From an uncultured Anaerolineae bacterium (GTDB lineage Bacteria > Chloroflexota > Anaerolineae > Aggregatilineales > J027), in NCBI GenBank assembly GCA_964639245.1, contig CAZXCU010000021.1, positions 9,269 through 73,268 on the forward strand: a stretch of 64,000 nt of DNA. Direction: 5' to 3'. The position numbers and the translations under genes were made by a program. Each line of letters opens with the position of its first letter. Position 1 is the first letter of the stretch. Below are positions 53,184-62,213 of the stretch, piece by piece. The notes beneath the pieces are model-generated. The model worked only from the letters and a program-made list of their open reading frames with translations, made no database searches and had not been told where the DNA came from.

Positions 53184-55835
53184 TTATTGGTTTCCTTTGA
53201 TTGTGCCTGAATGGGTCTGTGAGCTGCCTTCAGCAGCCTTTGTAATGCGGGTTTGGTCAATAGACCCCCTGATGCGGACTTCATCCGGCATTGCCGCCGC
53301 AACGGTCAGGAACTGTCCCACCTGCTGCTGTGCTTCACTCTGGCGTGCGCCTGTGGTGAGGCGAACCCGCTGCACCAGTTTGTCATGGGTTTCGGGGGAT
53401 ACAGTACGCCCATCTTCAGCGTTAGACTGCTCCTTCAGCACCTGCATAATCTGTCCCCCTGTCATTCCCAAGCGCAGTGCCTGATCGCCTACAGCATTGA
53501 AACGTGCCGCATCGCTGATCGCAGTCTGCCCATCAGCGGGCTGCATCCCGACTGCCTGTGCCATGCGTCCTCCAAATTGATCCCCCGCTCCGTCAAGCAT
53601 GGGTTTGTCCATTTTCTGGCGATAATCGCGCTCCATATCTACTGCATCGGCGACCACTGCCCCCACATTGCGGCTACCTGTCACATCCATCTGCCCCATG
53701 ACCCGATCCATCTGCTGCTGGTCAGCGAGTGCCTTCAATGCCCCTGCCGCCCCACTTAAATCCCGCCCAGCTCGTTCTAAGCCAGAGGTATCTACCGTGA
53801 TTTTTTGGTCTGCATCAGTAGTCTTCAGCGTCTCGCGCATAGCAGCATCATCGCGCACATTGTCCGCGTCCATCTGCGCTTGCGCGACACTTTCATCACG
53901 GCTGTTGTCATTGTTGAGAGCGGAGCGTAGAGCAGTGTCATTGCGTTCATTATCGGCATTCAAATGCGCTTGAGCAGTCACCTCAGCCTGTGCCGCCGCT
54001 TCTCCCCCAGCACTTGCCACACGGGGCTGTTGGCTTGGGGTAGATGCAGGGTTGGGGTCAGCCTCCTCCCCCACTAAGGGTGTGAACTGTGCTGGAATAC
54101 GTGAGGTGCGGCGACCTGCTGGACTATCGGGCAGCAGATCACCCGCCTCATAACCCGCAAGCGTGACGGGCTGTGGGGCAGAAGTAAGAGCAGCACGGAG
54201 AGATGATCCATCTACCTCGCTGCCATTTCCATCAGGGCTGCTGCCTAAACGGGTTTCTCCACTGGGCAGCATCAGCAGAGGTGCGTTGGCGTTCTCGCCT
54301 GCCTCTAATTGAGGAGTAGACTGAGCTTGCCCCGCACTGCCACCCGTCATAACACGCCCCGCTCCACTCATCGAAGCCATGCGTCCCGCCATCATCAACT
54401 GTCCACCTGCCATGCCCATCGCCGGTCCGCCAATCCCAGAGGCACTCATGCCTGTCATGGCTGCCCCTGCCAGTGCCAAAGCACCGCCGCCTGTCGCTAC
54501 CGCCGCAACCGTTCCTACTGTCCCCACTGCTGCTCCCGTAGCGATTTGCTGGGGAGACATGATCGCCCCACCCGTTGCCTGACTGATGGAGCCAAAGATA
54601 CGGGTCAGCGCATTCCAGACCAGTTTTATGGCAGAGATCATCAGGATCAGCATCATCACCGCACACAGCAGTCCAACACCGATAGAGGCAAGTGGATTTT
54701 GGGTTGCCGCTGCCGCGAGTGCCAGTGACACAATCAGTGACTGCCCCAGCGCAATGACCACACTGCTAACAATAATCTCAATCCACAAGTCCACTACCGA
54801 GCGGGCAATCGCTTCGGTCCGTTTGAAGAAGGCGAAAATCGCTGCCACCCCAAACGAGATAAAGCTCAAGCCTTGGGCGAAAGTGATCAGCAAGTAGACG
54901 ATTTTCTCGAAGATACCCAACCACAGCAGCGGCCAGGCGCCAATAATGCGATACTGGGCAGCGGCTGCCATACTCAACGAGCGTTCGCGGTCATCAGCGG
55001 GAATAAACTCCCAAGTCGGTGGAGAAACCGTCGTATCGAAATAGCCATCCGTGTGATACCAGCGAAAGGGCAGATTATTTTCGTACCCACCTGGATTGAC
55101 GGTTGTGCAGTTGCCTATGACGGACGGTGGTTGCCCTAGCACGTCCCGGGAGGTCGCCAGCATATACGCCATGCCAATATCCAACCCATCAACGCCCGCC
55201 CCTGCCTGCGAAGAAGTCTGCCCCGTCAGCCAGCCGAAGTTATCGCAGGGTTGCAGCATGGGAATGCCCTCGTTGGAGAGACTATTGTTCAATGGTGACA
55301 AGGGCGAACCACTGTTGTTGATGGACTCCAAGGCAGTGGCATAGAAAAAGCTGTTGATGTCCGAGCGCAGACTGTTCATGCTCAGGTAGAGTTCGGGTCC
55401 CAGTTGAAAGAACAACGCCACCAGTACATACCAGGTGAAGGCACTCTTGAATTCGACCACATTGAAGCGGATGAAATGCGCGATCATATAACTCATGCCC
55501 AGCACTAACATGGCGATAGTGAAGCTCATCGAGACTGCTATGCCGAACTGCGAATTGCTCTGGCTGATCAGGGGAGCAAAGGCATGTTCCGCCATAAAAT
55601 CCGTCACCAGATCAATAACGATCCCTAATATGAAAAACACTTTCATCAAAAACCATTGGATCTGAGCATGAAGTGCCAACAGGTCATACCACAGCCCATC
55701 CACCATGAATTGCATGTCCTGGGTCAAGTCATCCACCCAATCACCCGGATCAGGGATTTGGGCAAAGGCTGACGACGGGAATGCCAGCAGCAATCCCAGA
55801 AGCAGTGTGGTCGAGATAGCGCGTAATCGCTTCAA
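53184..55835 (-). CDS. VirB6/TrbL-like polytopic membrane protein with a long hydrophilic C-terminal extension
   Basis: Signal peptide MKRLRAISTTLLLGLLLAFPSSAFA, multiple TM helices and a G/A/M-rich segment. The C-terminus has repeated ADNxRxDxAxR motifs. Confidence 0.6.
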   Translation of the reverse strand: MKRLRAISTTLLLGLLLAFPSSAFAQIPDPGDWVDDLTQDMQFMVDGLWYDLLALHAQIQWFLMKVFFILGIVIDLVTDFMAEHAFAPLISQSNSQFGIAVSMSFTIAMLVLGMSYMIAHFIRFNVVEFKSAFTWYVLVALFFQLGPELYLSMNSLRSDINSFFYATALESINNSGSPLSPLNNSLSNEGIPMLQPCDNFGWLTGQTSSQAGAGVDGLDIGMAYMLATSRDVLGQPPSVIGNCTTVNPGGYENNLPFRWYHTDGYFDTTVSPPTWEFIPADDRERSLSMAAAAQYRIIGAWPLLWLGIFEKIVYLLITFAQGLSFISFGVAAIFAFFKRTEAIARSVVDLWIEIIVSSVVIALGQSLIVSLALAAAATQNPLASIGVGLLCAVMMLILMISAIKLVWNALTRIFGSISQATGGAIMSPQQIATGAAVGTVGTVAAVATGGGALALAGAAMTGMSASGIGGPAMGMAGGQLMMAGRMASMSGAGRVMTGGSAGQAQSTPQLEAGENANAPLLMLPSGETRLGSSPDGNGSEVDGSSLRAALTSAPQPVTLAGYEAGDLLPDSPAGRRTSRIPAQFTPLVGEEADPNPASTPSQQPRVASAGGEAAAQAEVTAQAHLNADNERNDTALRSALNNDNSRDESVAQAQMDADNVRDDAAMRETLKTTDADQKITVDTSGLERAGRDLSGAAGALKALADQQQMDRVMGQMDVTGSRNVGAVVADAVDMERDYRQKMDKPMLDGAGDQFGGRMAQAVGMQPADGQTAISDAARFNAVGDQALRLGMTGGQIMQVLKEQSNAEDGRTVSPETHDKLVQRVRLTTGARQSEAQQQVGQFLTVAAAMPDEVRIRGSIDQTRITKAAEGSSQTHSGTIKGNQ

Positions 55836-55844
55836 AGGAATCTC

Positions 55845-57020
55845 CTATCTTGGCTCGGCAAGCTCGCCCACACAGTCGGTGTTGATCGTGTTAATCCACG
55901 ACACGATATTGCTCCCCGCTACAATTGGCGTAGGTTCGACAGGATTGACAGGTGTGGGTCGTCCACTGGCATCCATCGTCCATGAAACACGGTAAAGTGT
56001 CCCTGTTGGTCCTTTAGCTGCCAATTTCAGCGTCACTTGTTGACCGGGGGCGAGGTTGTGTGCCTGATAGCCTGTAAAATCGGTGAAGCCTGCCAACTGT
56101 GCGGCAGTGTAGGTCGGGAACAACAGCACATTCTGCTCCGCTCCATTGGGCAGCAGGATGGAGGAGACGAAACTCTGGGCAGGTGGGTAGATCGTGTAGG
56201 TCTGGTCGTGGCTAAAGTTCTTGACCACGAAGGTCCACACATACAACGACTCAGCGTAGATGGCAGTTGGGTGGGTTCCCGGCACAGGTGTCTTTGGTGG
56301 ATTCGGGGTGGGTGTTCCCTGAAAGCTGAGACTCTGCATCTCCGTTACCCGAAAGCGGATGTTGAGATACTGCTCATCCGGTGAAGTGTAGATCGGATCG
56401 TTCAGGAAATAATCATTCGTCCGCACATAGGGGGTGGGTGTGGGGTAAGGCGTATAGGTCGGACGCGGTGTCGGATAAATCGGCGGCGGCGCACCCCAGC
56501 TTGATGGTGGGTAAAACTGTCCTACATTGCCGATGATGCGATAGATGGAGAAAGTCTGTGGATAACCAGCGTTCGTTGCCCAGACCTGAATCGTCGCGCT
56601 GCTGACTTCGGCGGGGATGTAAATGTTATAGAAGCCGTTCTGGGCAGGCTGATGGGGCGTGGAGTAGCCCACATAGACGTTACTTGCCCCCGACCAGTAG
56701 AAAGGTGAGACGGTCATGCTGCCTGAGTAGCTAACATAGATATTGCCCGCGTTTTGTGCCAGCCACTGCACAGTCACGCTGCTGATATTATCTCCGACCT
56801 GATAATTGCTCAGGTTGGCTGTGAAATACGGATTATAGGTGGGTGGGCTGGTAGGCAGCGGTGTATCGGTAGCTCTGGGGGTTGCTGATGGGCAGACATA
56901 CTGCGGCAGTTCCCCAATCGTGACCGCTTCAGGCGTGAGTTCCCCCGTGCAGGCAAGGGCAGCCAGCATAAGCAGCAGCACGACCAGCATGGACATAGAA
57001 ACGACTTTGTATTGGTTCAT
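55845..57020 (-). CDS. Putative lipoprotein / secreted protein with P/T/Y-rich linkers
   Basis: N-terminal LLLMLAALAC is lipobox-like. Contains YPTPRPTYTPYPTPTPY. Confidence 0.5.
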   Translation of the reverse strand: MNQYKVVSMSMLVVLLLMLAALACTGELTPEAVTIGELPQYVCPSATPRATDTPLPTSPPTYNPYFTANLSNYQVGDNISSVTVQWLAQNAGNIYVSYSGSMTVSPFYWSGASNVYVGYSTPHQPAQNGFYNIYIPAEVSSATIQVWATNAGYPQTFSIYRIIGNVGQFYPPSSWGAPPPIYPTPRPTYTPYPTPTPYVRTNDYFLNDPIYTSPDEQYLNIRFRVTEMQSLSFQGTPTPNPPKTPVPGTHPTAIYAESLYVWTFVVKNFSHDQTYTIYPPAQSFVSSILLPNGAEQNVLLFPTYTAAQLAGFTDFTGYQAHNLAPGQQVTLKLAAKGPTGTLYRVSWTMDASGRPTPVNPVEPTPIVAGSNIVSWINTINTDCVGELAEPR

Positions 57021-57032
57021 GATGAGCCTCCT

Positions 57033-58250
57033 TTATGGAATAAGCCCAGGCTGATTGCCTGGCGACAGCAGCAGGGTGAAAGTCTGGGCAGCCCCTGAAG
57101 AACGTGGCTGCACCGTCCACGATTCCCCGAAATAGGGAACCACCAGCAGTACAGGCGAATTGGTCGAAGCCTGCAATTGAGCAAAACCCTGCTCATCCGT
57201 GAAGGTATGGGCTAGGACATTATTTGTTCCCACCTCGACCAAGCGCACCGAAATACCCCTGACTCCTTCACTGACATCTATCACCCCATTAGCGTTCTCG
57301 TCATAGCCCATGACGATGGAAGCACTTACCACTTGGATAGGAATATCTGTCGCAGTGGGCTGCAGCGATGGCGGAGCGGCAATGAGTTCAACATCGCTGG
57401 CAGGTATGAGCGTCGGCATTGGGGTGTCGGTGGGCAACACCCCGCCGGGAACAATCAAGGTCAGGGCATCAGGACGAAAGACCTGCACCGCGTCCAATGC
57501 CAGCATGTGTCCGCTGCTGGCAGCATTGGCATTCGCGGTATTCTGGAGTTCGAGAACATGCTCCCCTGCGCCAACGGTAAAAACTCGCGTACCAGTAAAC
57601 GTGCCAACAGGCGCATAGGAGTCAATGACATCCACGATTATGCCATCCAGCAGCACATTCCAGACCCCACCATTAGTGAAACTCACGTAGCGCACTCGTA
57701 CAGCTTCCCCTGTGAAAGTGAAGCTCACTTTGGCAGCTACATCTTCAGTGAAGTGATACTGACCCTGACTGGCTCCCAAAGAACCAATAGGGGTCCAGTT
57801 TCCTTCTATATAGCGCATGGCGGGATGGTCACTCTCAAAGGCGACCCAGCCAGTGAAGTCGGTATATGGAAAAGGCATAAGTGTCGCATTGGGCAGCGGT
57901 TCAACAGGATTGGGGGCTTCTGCTAAAATCCGAAGGTTTTCAGGTTGCGGTGTCGAAGTGAGTGGTAAGTTCACACCGTGCATGATAAGGGTAGCGACTG
58001 CCACCCGAGTTGAAAGGGTTGCGGTAATGGTTGGGGAAGGAGTAATGGTTGGCGTAGCGGTTGCAGAAGGGGTCAAGGTTGCCGTTGCAGAAGGAGCTAT
58101 AGTAAAACTGGCTGTTACAGAAACCGTTATTTCAGGTTGTCTGCTCTTTTTTTCGGCAGAGGTATTGCTATCAAGGAGCAGGTATGCCAAACCTGCGCTG
58201 ATGGAAGCGACAAGGCTAAATATTCCGATGATGAACAACCATTTTTTCAC
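57033..58250 (-). CDS. Secreted or anchored protein with T/P linker, jelly-roll-like central domain and SdrD-B/Cna-B-like C-terminal domain
   Basis: N-terminal TM segment WLFIIGIFSLVASISAGLAYLLL. Linker TATLTPSATATPTITPSPTITA. C-terminal MGYDENANGVIDVSEGVRGISVRLVEVGTNN...TDEQGFAQL. Confidence 0.5.
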   Translation of the reverse strand: MKKWLFIIGIFSLVASISAGLAYLLLDSNTSAEKKSRQPEITVSVTASFTIAPSATATLTPSATATPTITPSPTITATLSTRVAVATLIMHGVNLPLTSTPQPENLRILAEAPNPVEPLPNATLMPFPYTDFTGWVAFESDHPAMRYIEGNWTPIGSLGASQGQYHFTEDVAAKVSFTFTGEAVRVRYVSFTNGGVWNVLLDGIIVDVIDSYAPVGTFTGTRVFTVGAGEHVLELQNTANANAASSGHMLALDAVQVFRPDALTLIVPGGVLPTDTPMPTLIPASDVELIAAPPSLQPTATDIPIQVVSASIVMGYDENANGVIDVSEGVRGISVRLVEVGTNNVLAHTFTDEQGFAQLQASTNSPVLLVVPYFGESWTVQPRSSGAAQTFTLLLSPGNQPGLIP

Positions 58251-58421
58251 ACCAAAACCTCATGCTATAACGTTGTAGAGATAACTCTCACTACCCTACA
58301 GCAGAAAAATGCGTTGGTGTGTTCGATAAGTTGACAGCGGAAAAGATAAAGGGAAGTTTTTTATCAAATGCGGGGAATTTGTGTCAGTGGGCTACCGACA
58401 GTTTCGACACTATGACAATAC

Positions 58422-58439
58422 TGACACTGTTGGCGAATT
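58422..58439. repeat. IS terminal inverted repeat (left in window)
   Basis: Perfect 18-bp match to the reverse complement of 60149-60166. Confidence 0.85.
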
Positions 58440-60112
58440 CAAGGAGCGAGTGCTAACTGAGCAAAAGGCATCAGGCGGGTTTTAGCCAAAGGTCGCTGTG
58501 CAAACCAATGAAAGAGGCGATTGAGATTCAAAGCCGTAGCGGAGGCTAAATTTTGCAGATGGGTTTTCTTGAGACCAATGTAACGCGCCGCACGTAGTTC
58601 AAAGGCACCTACCGCTTGCGAGAGTGTGCCTTCAATCCCTGCTCTTGCCTTATAGCGTTCCTTAAAATCCTCAGTGGTTTGGTAGTGACGCGCCGCTTGC
58701 AAAACCTGCCAGTGAGTCAAGTCTCGAATAGCAACGATGCGCTGTGGGCGGCGTGTACAGCGGGGTTTCAGTGGGCAGGCGGAACAATGAGAGAGACGGA
58801 AAAGAAATTTTAGAATAGGAAAGCCTGCCTTATCTTGAGCAGCAGTCGCACGATGGGAGGTATGACCTGCCGGGCAAATCATGGTCAGGTCAGTGGGATT
58901 GACAGTGAAGGCATCAGCAGCAAAGGCATCTGGGGTCTGTTTTTGCCAACTATGGTGATCTTGGGCAGGGCTGATAAGCTCGACCTCATAATCCTGCTGG
59001 CTGCTTAAGCGCAAAGCTGCATCGGTATAGGCACTATCCAGTAGGTGTTCTTTTGGCAGCAACTGCTGCACGGCTAAATCTCGGTGGATGCGCGGGGTAC
59101 TTCTGACATCATGTTCCGTACTGGGTACAGTTGCCACATGGATCACTAAATGTGGCGCATGTTCATCACACGTTTCGGTGAAGTGAACCTTGTAACCTAC
59201 CCAATGGAGATTGCCTTTGGTGGCATAACGGGCATCAGGGTCATGAGGAGAATAGCAACGCAAGGCAGCAGGAGGCATGTTTTCGGTTGGACGAAAGACA
59301 GTTTGCCCATCCACTTGGTAGTATTGCTGCACCCAAATCTGGCGCAGAAGTTGAATTTCAGGCAAGCGCCATAAACCAGTTGGCACTTCGTCGCCTGCAA
59401 AAAGTTGATTCAATAGATACATGCCATCTTGTCCAACTTGGTTCATTAAAGTGTGCCGCTCTTTTTCAGACTTAGGCAACCGATATTGTTCCACACGCTG
59501 CCCATAGCGGTCATACCATTCCTCATTGACCTGCTGCTTTAACCACTCTGGAGCCTCCTGTGCTAAACGGTTCAGGGCATGTTGCAAGGTTGTCCCGACC
59601 AGTTCTAAGCGATTGAGGCTACGAACCCGTGCCAAAATGTGAGTTGAGTCGGTGCGTTGCTTGCCACGTTCCTTCAACCAACCACTCTCGCGGCACACCG
59701 TCAATAAGGGATTCAACAAGCGGTCACCAGCACCGCCTTCCACCAGTCGCTGCCGAAATTCACACAAGACCGAATAATGAAAGCCGGTATCACGTAAGGG
59801 CAACCCCAATAAATATTTCCAGTCAATCCGACTTCGCACCGCATCGGCAGCTTGACGATCTGTGAGGTTCTCCATGAACTGCAACACGGTTACCCACGCT
59901 AACCGCCACGGACTTTCCGCAGGTTGCCCTTTTTCCGAGAATAAATCCGCAAAATCTTCATCTTGGTAGAGGTGTCCCAGTTGGTCACGCAATGTCAGAT
60001 ACATATTCCCCTTGGGAAAGATGGAGTGAGCTACTTCAGATGTTTCTTCAGGCACATCGCCTATTCCTCGAGCATGGAGTGACATCGCCAAATCCCTCAC
60101 GGTTTTGGGCAA
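58439..60112 (-). CDS. DDE transposase, IS1182/IS5-like
   Basis: The N-terminal domain (WKYLLGLPLRDTGFHYSVLCEFRQRL) and DSTHILARVRSLNRLE are typical of the IS5/IS1182 group. The ORF is framed by the IRs. Confidence 0.75.
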   Translation of the reverse strand: MPKTVRDLAMSLHARGIGDVPEETSEVAHSIFPKGNMYLTLRDQLGHLYQDEDFADLFSEKGQPAESPWRLAWVTVLQFMENLTDRQAADAVRSRIDWKYLLGLPLRDTGFHYSVLCEFRQRLVEGGAGDRLLNPLLTVCRESGWLKERGKQRTDSTHILARVRSLNRLELVGTTLQHALNRLAQEAPEWLKQQVNEEWYDRYGQRVEQYRLPKSEKERHTLMNQVGQDGMYLLNQLFAGDEVPTGLWRLPEIQLLRQIWVQQYYQVDGQTVFRPTENMPPAALRCYSPHDPDARYATKGNLHWVGYKVHFTETCDEHAPHLVIHVATVPSTEHDVRSTPRIHRDLAVQQLLPKEHLLDSAYTDAALRLSSQQDYEVELISPAQDHHSWQKQTPDAFAADAFTVNPTDLTMICPAGHTSHRATAAQDKAGFPILKFLFRLSHCSACPLKPRCTRRPQRIVAIRDLTHWQVLQAARHYQTTEDFKERYKARAGIEGTLSQAVGAFELRAARYIGLKKTHLQNLASATALNLNRLFHWFAQRPLAKTRLMPFAQLALAP

Positions 60113-60148
60113 ATTTTACCCATCTTTTCCTACAATCCTCCACAAAAC

Positions 60149-60166
60149 AATTCGCCAACAGTGTCA
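60149..60166. repeat. IS terminal inverted repeat (right in window)
   Basis: Perfect 18-bp match to the reverse complement of 58422-58439. Confidence 0.85.
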
Positions 60167-60205
60167 ATACTGACAGTTTCTGTAAACCCAGTCTGGTAAT
60201 TTGGA

Positions 60206-61177
60206 TTATTTAAGAAAAGTGTTAGCTAAATGCCATTCCAGTGCCTTTACATTTGGATTCAATATATTTTCTATTGGTTTGATAATCTCACGCGCATTTT
60301 GCATGAGTAAATGACCTGGAATATTGTCATTCGTATTGAGCATACTCGACAAAATTACAACGTAACCAGAAGTAATACCTACCAGCCCCTGATCAAATGT
60401 CCAATGACAGAGACGACAGAGCGCAATCCCGTTTCGGGGATCATCGTTATGACTGATACTCCAAGGAATGATATGGGCTGCATCAACTACTGTATAGCCA
60501 TTAGGGGTTATCATACGAACCCCACAGATAGCGCATCGGTGGTTATATGCCCTCACAATTGCTTTCCGAAAACCCTGGTCTCTAACAGCAGGTTTCTCGG
60601 TTTCAATAAATGTATCGCTGATTTGAAAGGGCTGTTGTTGAGCGTACCGCAATAACTCTTGGCTATATTCAAAAATTTCTATATTCAGCCGACTCAGTTC
60701 CAAAATAAGAGGTTGCACAGTGGGGCTAAAAAATGTCTCAATCAAAGTAACCCGTAATAAATCCCTTTGTGTCGGATCGCACATTTGGGCATATAACTCT
60801 TCTTCCAAATAAGCGGCTAAGATATTTGAGGTCAATTCTTTTATAGAAGTCATTTGATGAATGTTAGCCAAAATAGTTTCTCTGCCTGGTTGAGGTAGCA
60901 AATGCCAAAAACCGCTACTCTTGAGGTGGAAAAATGGCATTACAATATTTCCCTTGCGCTCAGGCGGCATTATTTTTGACCAATAATGCGAAAACGTCTG
61001 GATTAGCTCAGGTGTCAGTTCAACAAAATTTCTTTCAATCACCCCTTCTTCTATTAAATCCATCACTGCCAGCAGCAGTATAGGTTTGTGGGGTGCACCT
61101 CCTTTTGTTGTACTATCCCAATTTTTAGGATCAATATCACGCCTTATTTTTCTGAATTTATCAACATATAAGTTCAT
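60206..61177 (-). CDS. HNH endonuclease with an N-terminal DNA-recognition domain (possible modification-dependent type IV enzyme)
   Basis: HNH core: RCAICGVRM...AHIIPWSISHNDDPRNGIALCRLCHWTFDQG. The N-terminal GGAPHKPILLLAVMDLIEEG recalls the domain fused to HNH in McrA-like enzymes (from memory). Confidence 0.65.
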   Translation of the reverse strand: MNLYVDKFRKIRRDIDPKNWDSTTKGGAPHKPILLLAVMDLIEEGVIERNFVELTPELIQTFSHYWSKIMPPERKGNIVMPFFHLKSSGFWHLLPQPGRETILANIHQMTSIKELTSNILAAYLEEELYAQMCDPTQRDLLRVTLIETFFSPTVQPLILELSRLNIEIFEYSQELLRYAQQQPFQISDTFIETEKPAVRDQGFRKAIVRAYNHRCAICGVRMITPNGYTVVDAAHIIPWSISHNDDPRNGIALCRLCHWTFDQGLVGITSGYVVILSSMLNTNDNIPGHLLMQNAREIIKPIENILNPNVKALEWHLANTFLK

Positions 61178-61280
61178 CTGGAATCAACCGTTATCGCCAA
61201 AGTATTTTGCATTATAGTGGTTTGTAATCTAAAAAACATAACCAAGCCAGCCCCAATATCCATGCCCTTTTGGAGCTGTG

Positions 61281-62213
61281 CTAGGAGCGAGGTCCCAGAA
61301 ACCGATCCCCATTGTAATGAATGAGATGGTCTGGAATTTCAGCAATCCAGACTTCAGTTTCCCACGCAATTTCGGTTAGATAACTTCTGAAGGTCAGAAA
61401 ATCAAGAAATGCACTCACATATACACGCCCAGCAGCACAACCTTGCAAAAGTTGTTCAAGCTCCAGATAACGTTTGTGCGAAACGGGTCCATGTGAAACC
61501 ACTGCTTCGATCAAGAAAAGCCAATTGCGCTGGCTATCATAGAGAACCACATCCGGTAGTTTGTCATGGTTCGGAACAGGAATACCCAACTGTTCAAATC
61601 CTGCTTCATCCAGAATGAGTTTTTTGTTCTCTGTATCTCCTAAGTAAAATAGGTTTGCCCCCGCTGCAAAGCGTGGTCCAAACTCAGCCACCACTGCCAC
61701 TTGTAATTCATTGTGTTTGCCGGGAGAAAGTTCATAGGTCTTGCCCTGATAAACGAGGGGAATTTTATACTGCTGCCGTTTTTTCTGATAGATTTCCCGC
61801 AGTGCGCCCTGTGCGGCAATAAACTCTTCAACCCTCTTTTCCCAATCAGGGGTCAGATAGGCATGAACCGCACGAAGGGCAGCGTCCGACAGCGCATAGT
61901 GAGTTCTAGGGCTGTTGGTGGGCAGGCTCGGATCATCAGGGTTGCGATCTACAATCCCCGCCTGCTCAAACTGATGGATCACCTGCCGCCGCACCGTTTC
62001 ACGGGTATTCTCAGCATAAGGTCGGTTATAGCGATCTTTGATTTCTACCAAAATATCATGGATACGCAAACTCTGCCGCCGCGCCTCTGACCAAGACGTT
62101 TCTTCAGAAAGCTGTGCTAGAACCAGCAAGGTTAGTGCTGCCATTTCATTATATTGGGCAGTCGGCAGTCCTAATGCTTTCAGGATGGTTTGGGCATCTT
62201 CAATTTTAGTCAT
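61281..62213 (-). CDS. BsuBI/PstI-family Type II restriction endonuclease
   Basis: N-terminal ILKALGLPTAQYNEMAALTLLVLAQL...YAENTRETVRRQVIHQFEQAGIV..NPDDPSLPTNSPRTHYAL matches my recollection of the BsuBI/PstI REase family. The start overlaps the methylase stop (ATGA-type, 62210-62213). Confidence 0.7.
   Translation of the reverse strand: MTKIEDAQTILKALGLPTAQYNEMAALTLLVLAQLSEETSWSEARRQSLRIHDILVEIKDRYNRPYAENTRETVRRQVIHQFEQAGIVDRNPDDPSLPTNSPRTHYALSDAALRAVHAYLTPDWEKRVEEFIAAQGALREIYQKKRQQYKIPLVYQGKTYELSPGKHNELQVAVVAEFGPRFAAGANLFYLGDTENKKLILDEAGFEQLGIPVPNHDKLPDVVLYDSQRNWLFLIEAVVSHGPVSHKRYLELEQLLQGCAAGRVYVSAFLDFLTFRSYLTEIAWETEVWIAEIPDHLIHYNGDRFLGPRS

Larger units (their letters stand above)
524..58250. 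mobile_element. Conjugative element backbone (establishment block, mobilisation module, T4SS operon) carrying inserted cargo; ends and integrase not in view
   Basis: The window contains a relaxase-like gene, T4CP, VirB4/VirB6/VirB2/VirB3-like genes, a topoisomerase, a prim-pol, a PRTRC cassette and a methylase-helicase fusion. Boundaries given are only the outermost recognisable parts. Confidence 0.7.
58422..60166 (-). mobile_element. IS element (IS1182/IS5-like) with 18-bp perfect terminal inverted repeats and a 4-bp ATAC target duplication
   Basis: tgacactgttggcgaatt (58422-58439) is the reverse complement of aattcgccaacagtgtca (60149-60166). ATAC flanks both ends (58418-58421 and 60167-60170). 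The element holds a single 557-aa transposase ORF. Confidence 0.8.

Noticed and set aside
54232-54728. ORFs of 144, 139 and 67 aa overlapping the VirB6-like gene.
   Set aside because: They lie within the G/A/M-rich repeat-coding part of the VirB6-like gene, and their composition is an artefact of the opposite or shifted frame.
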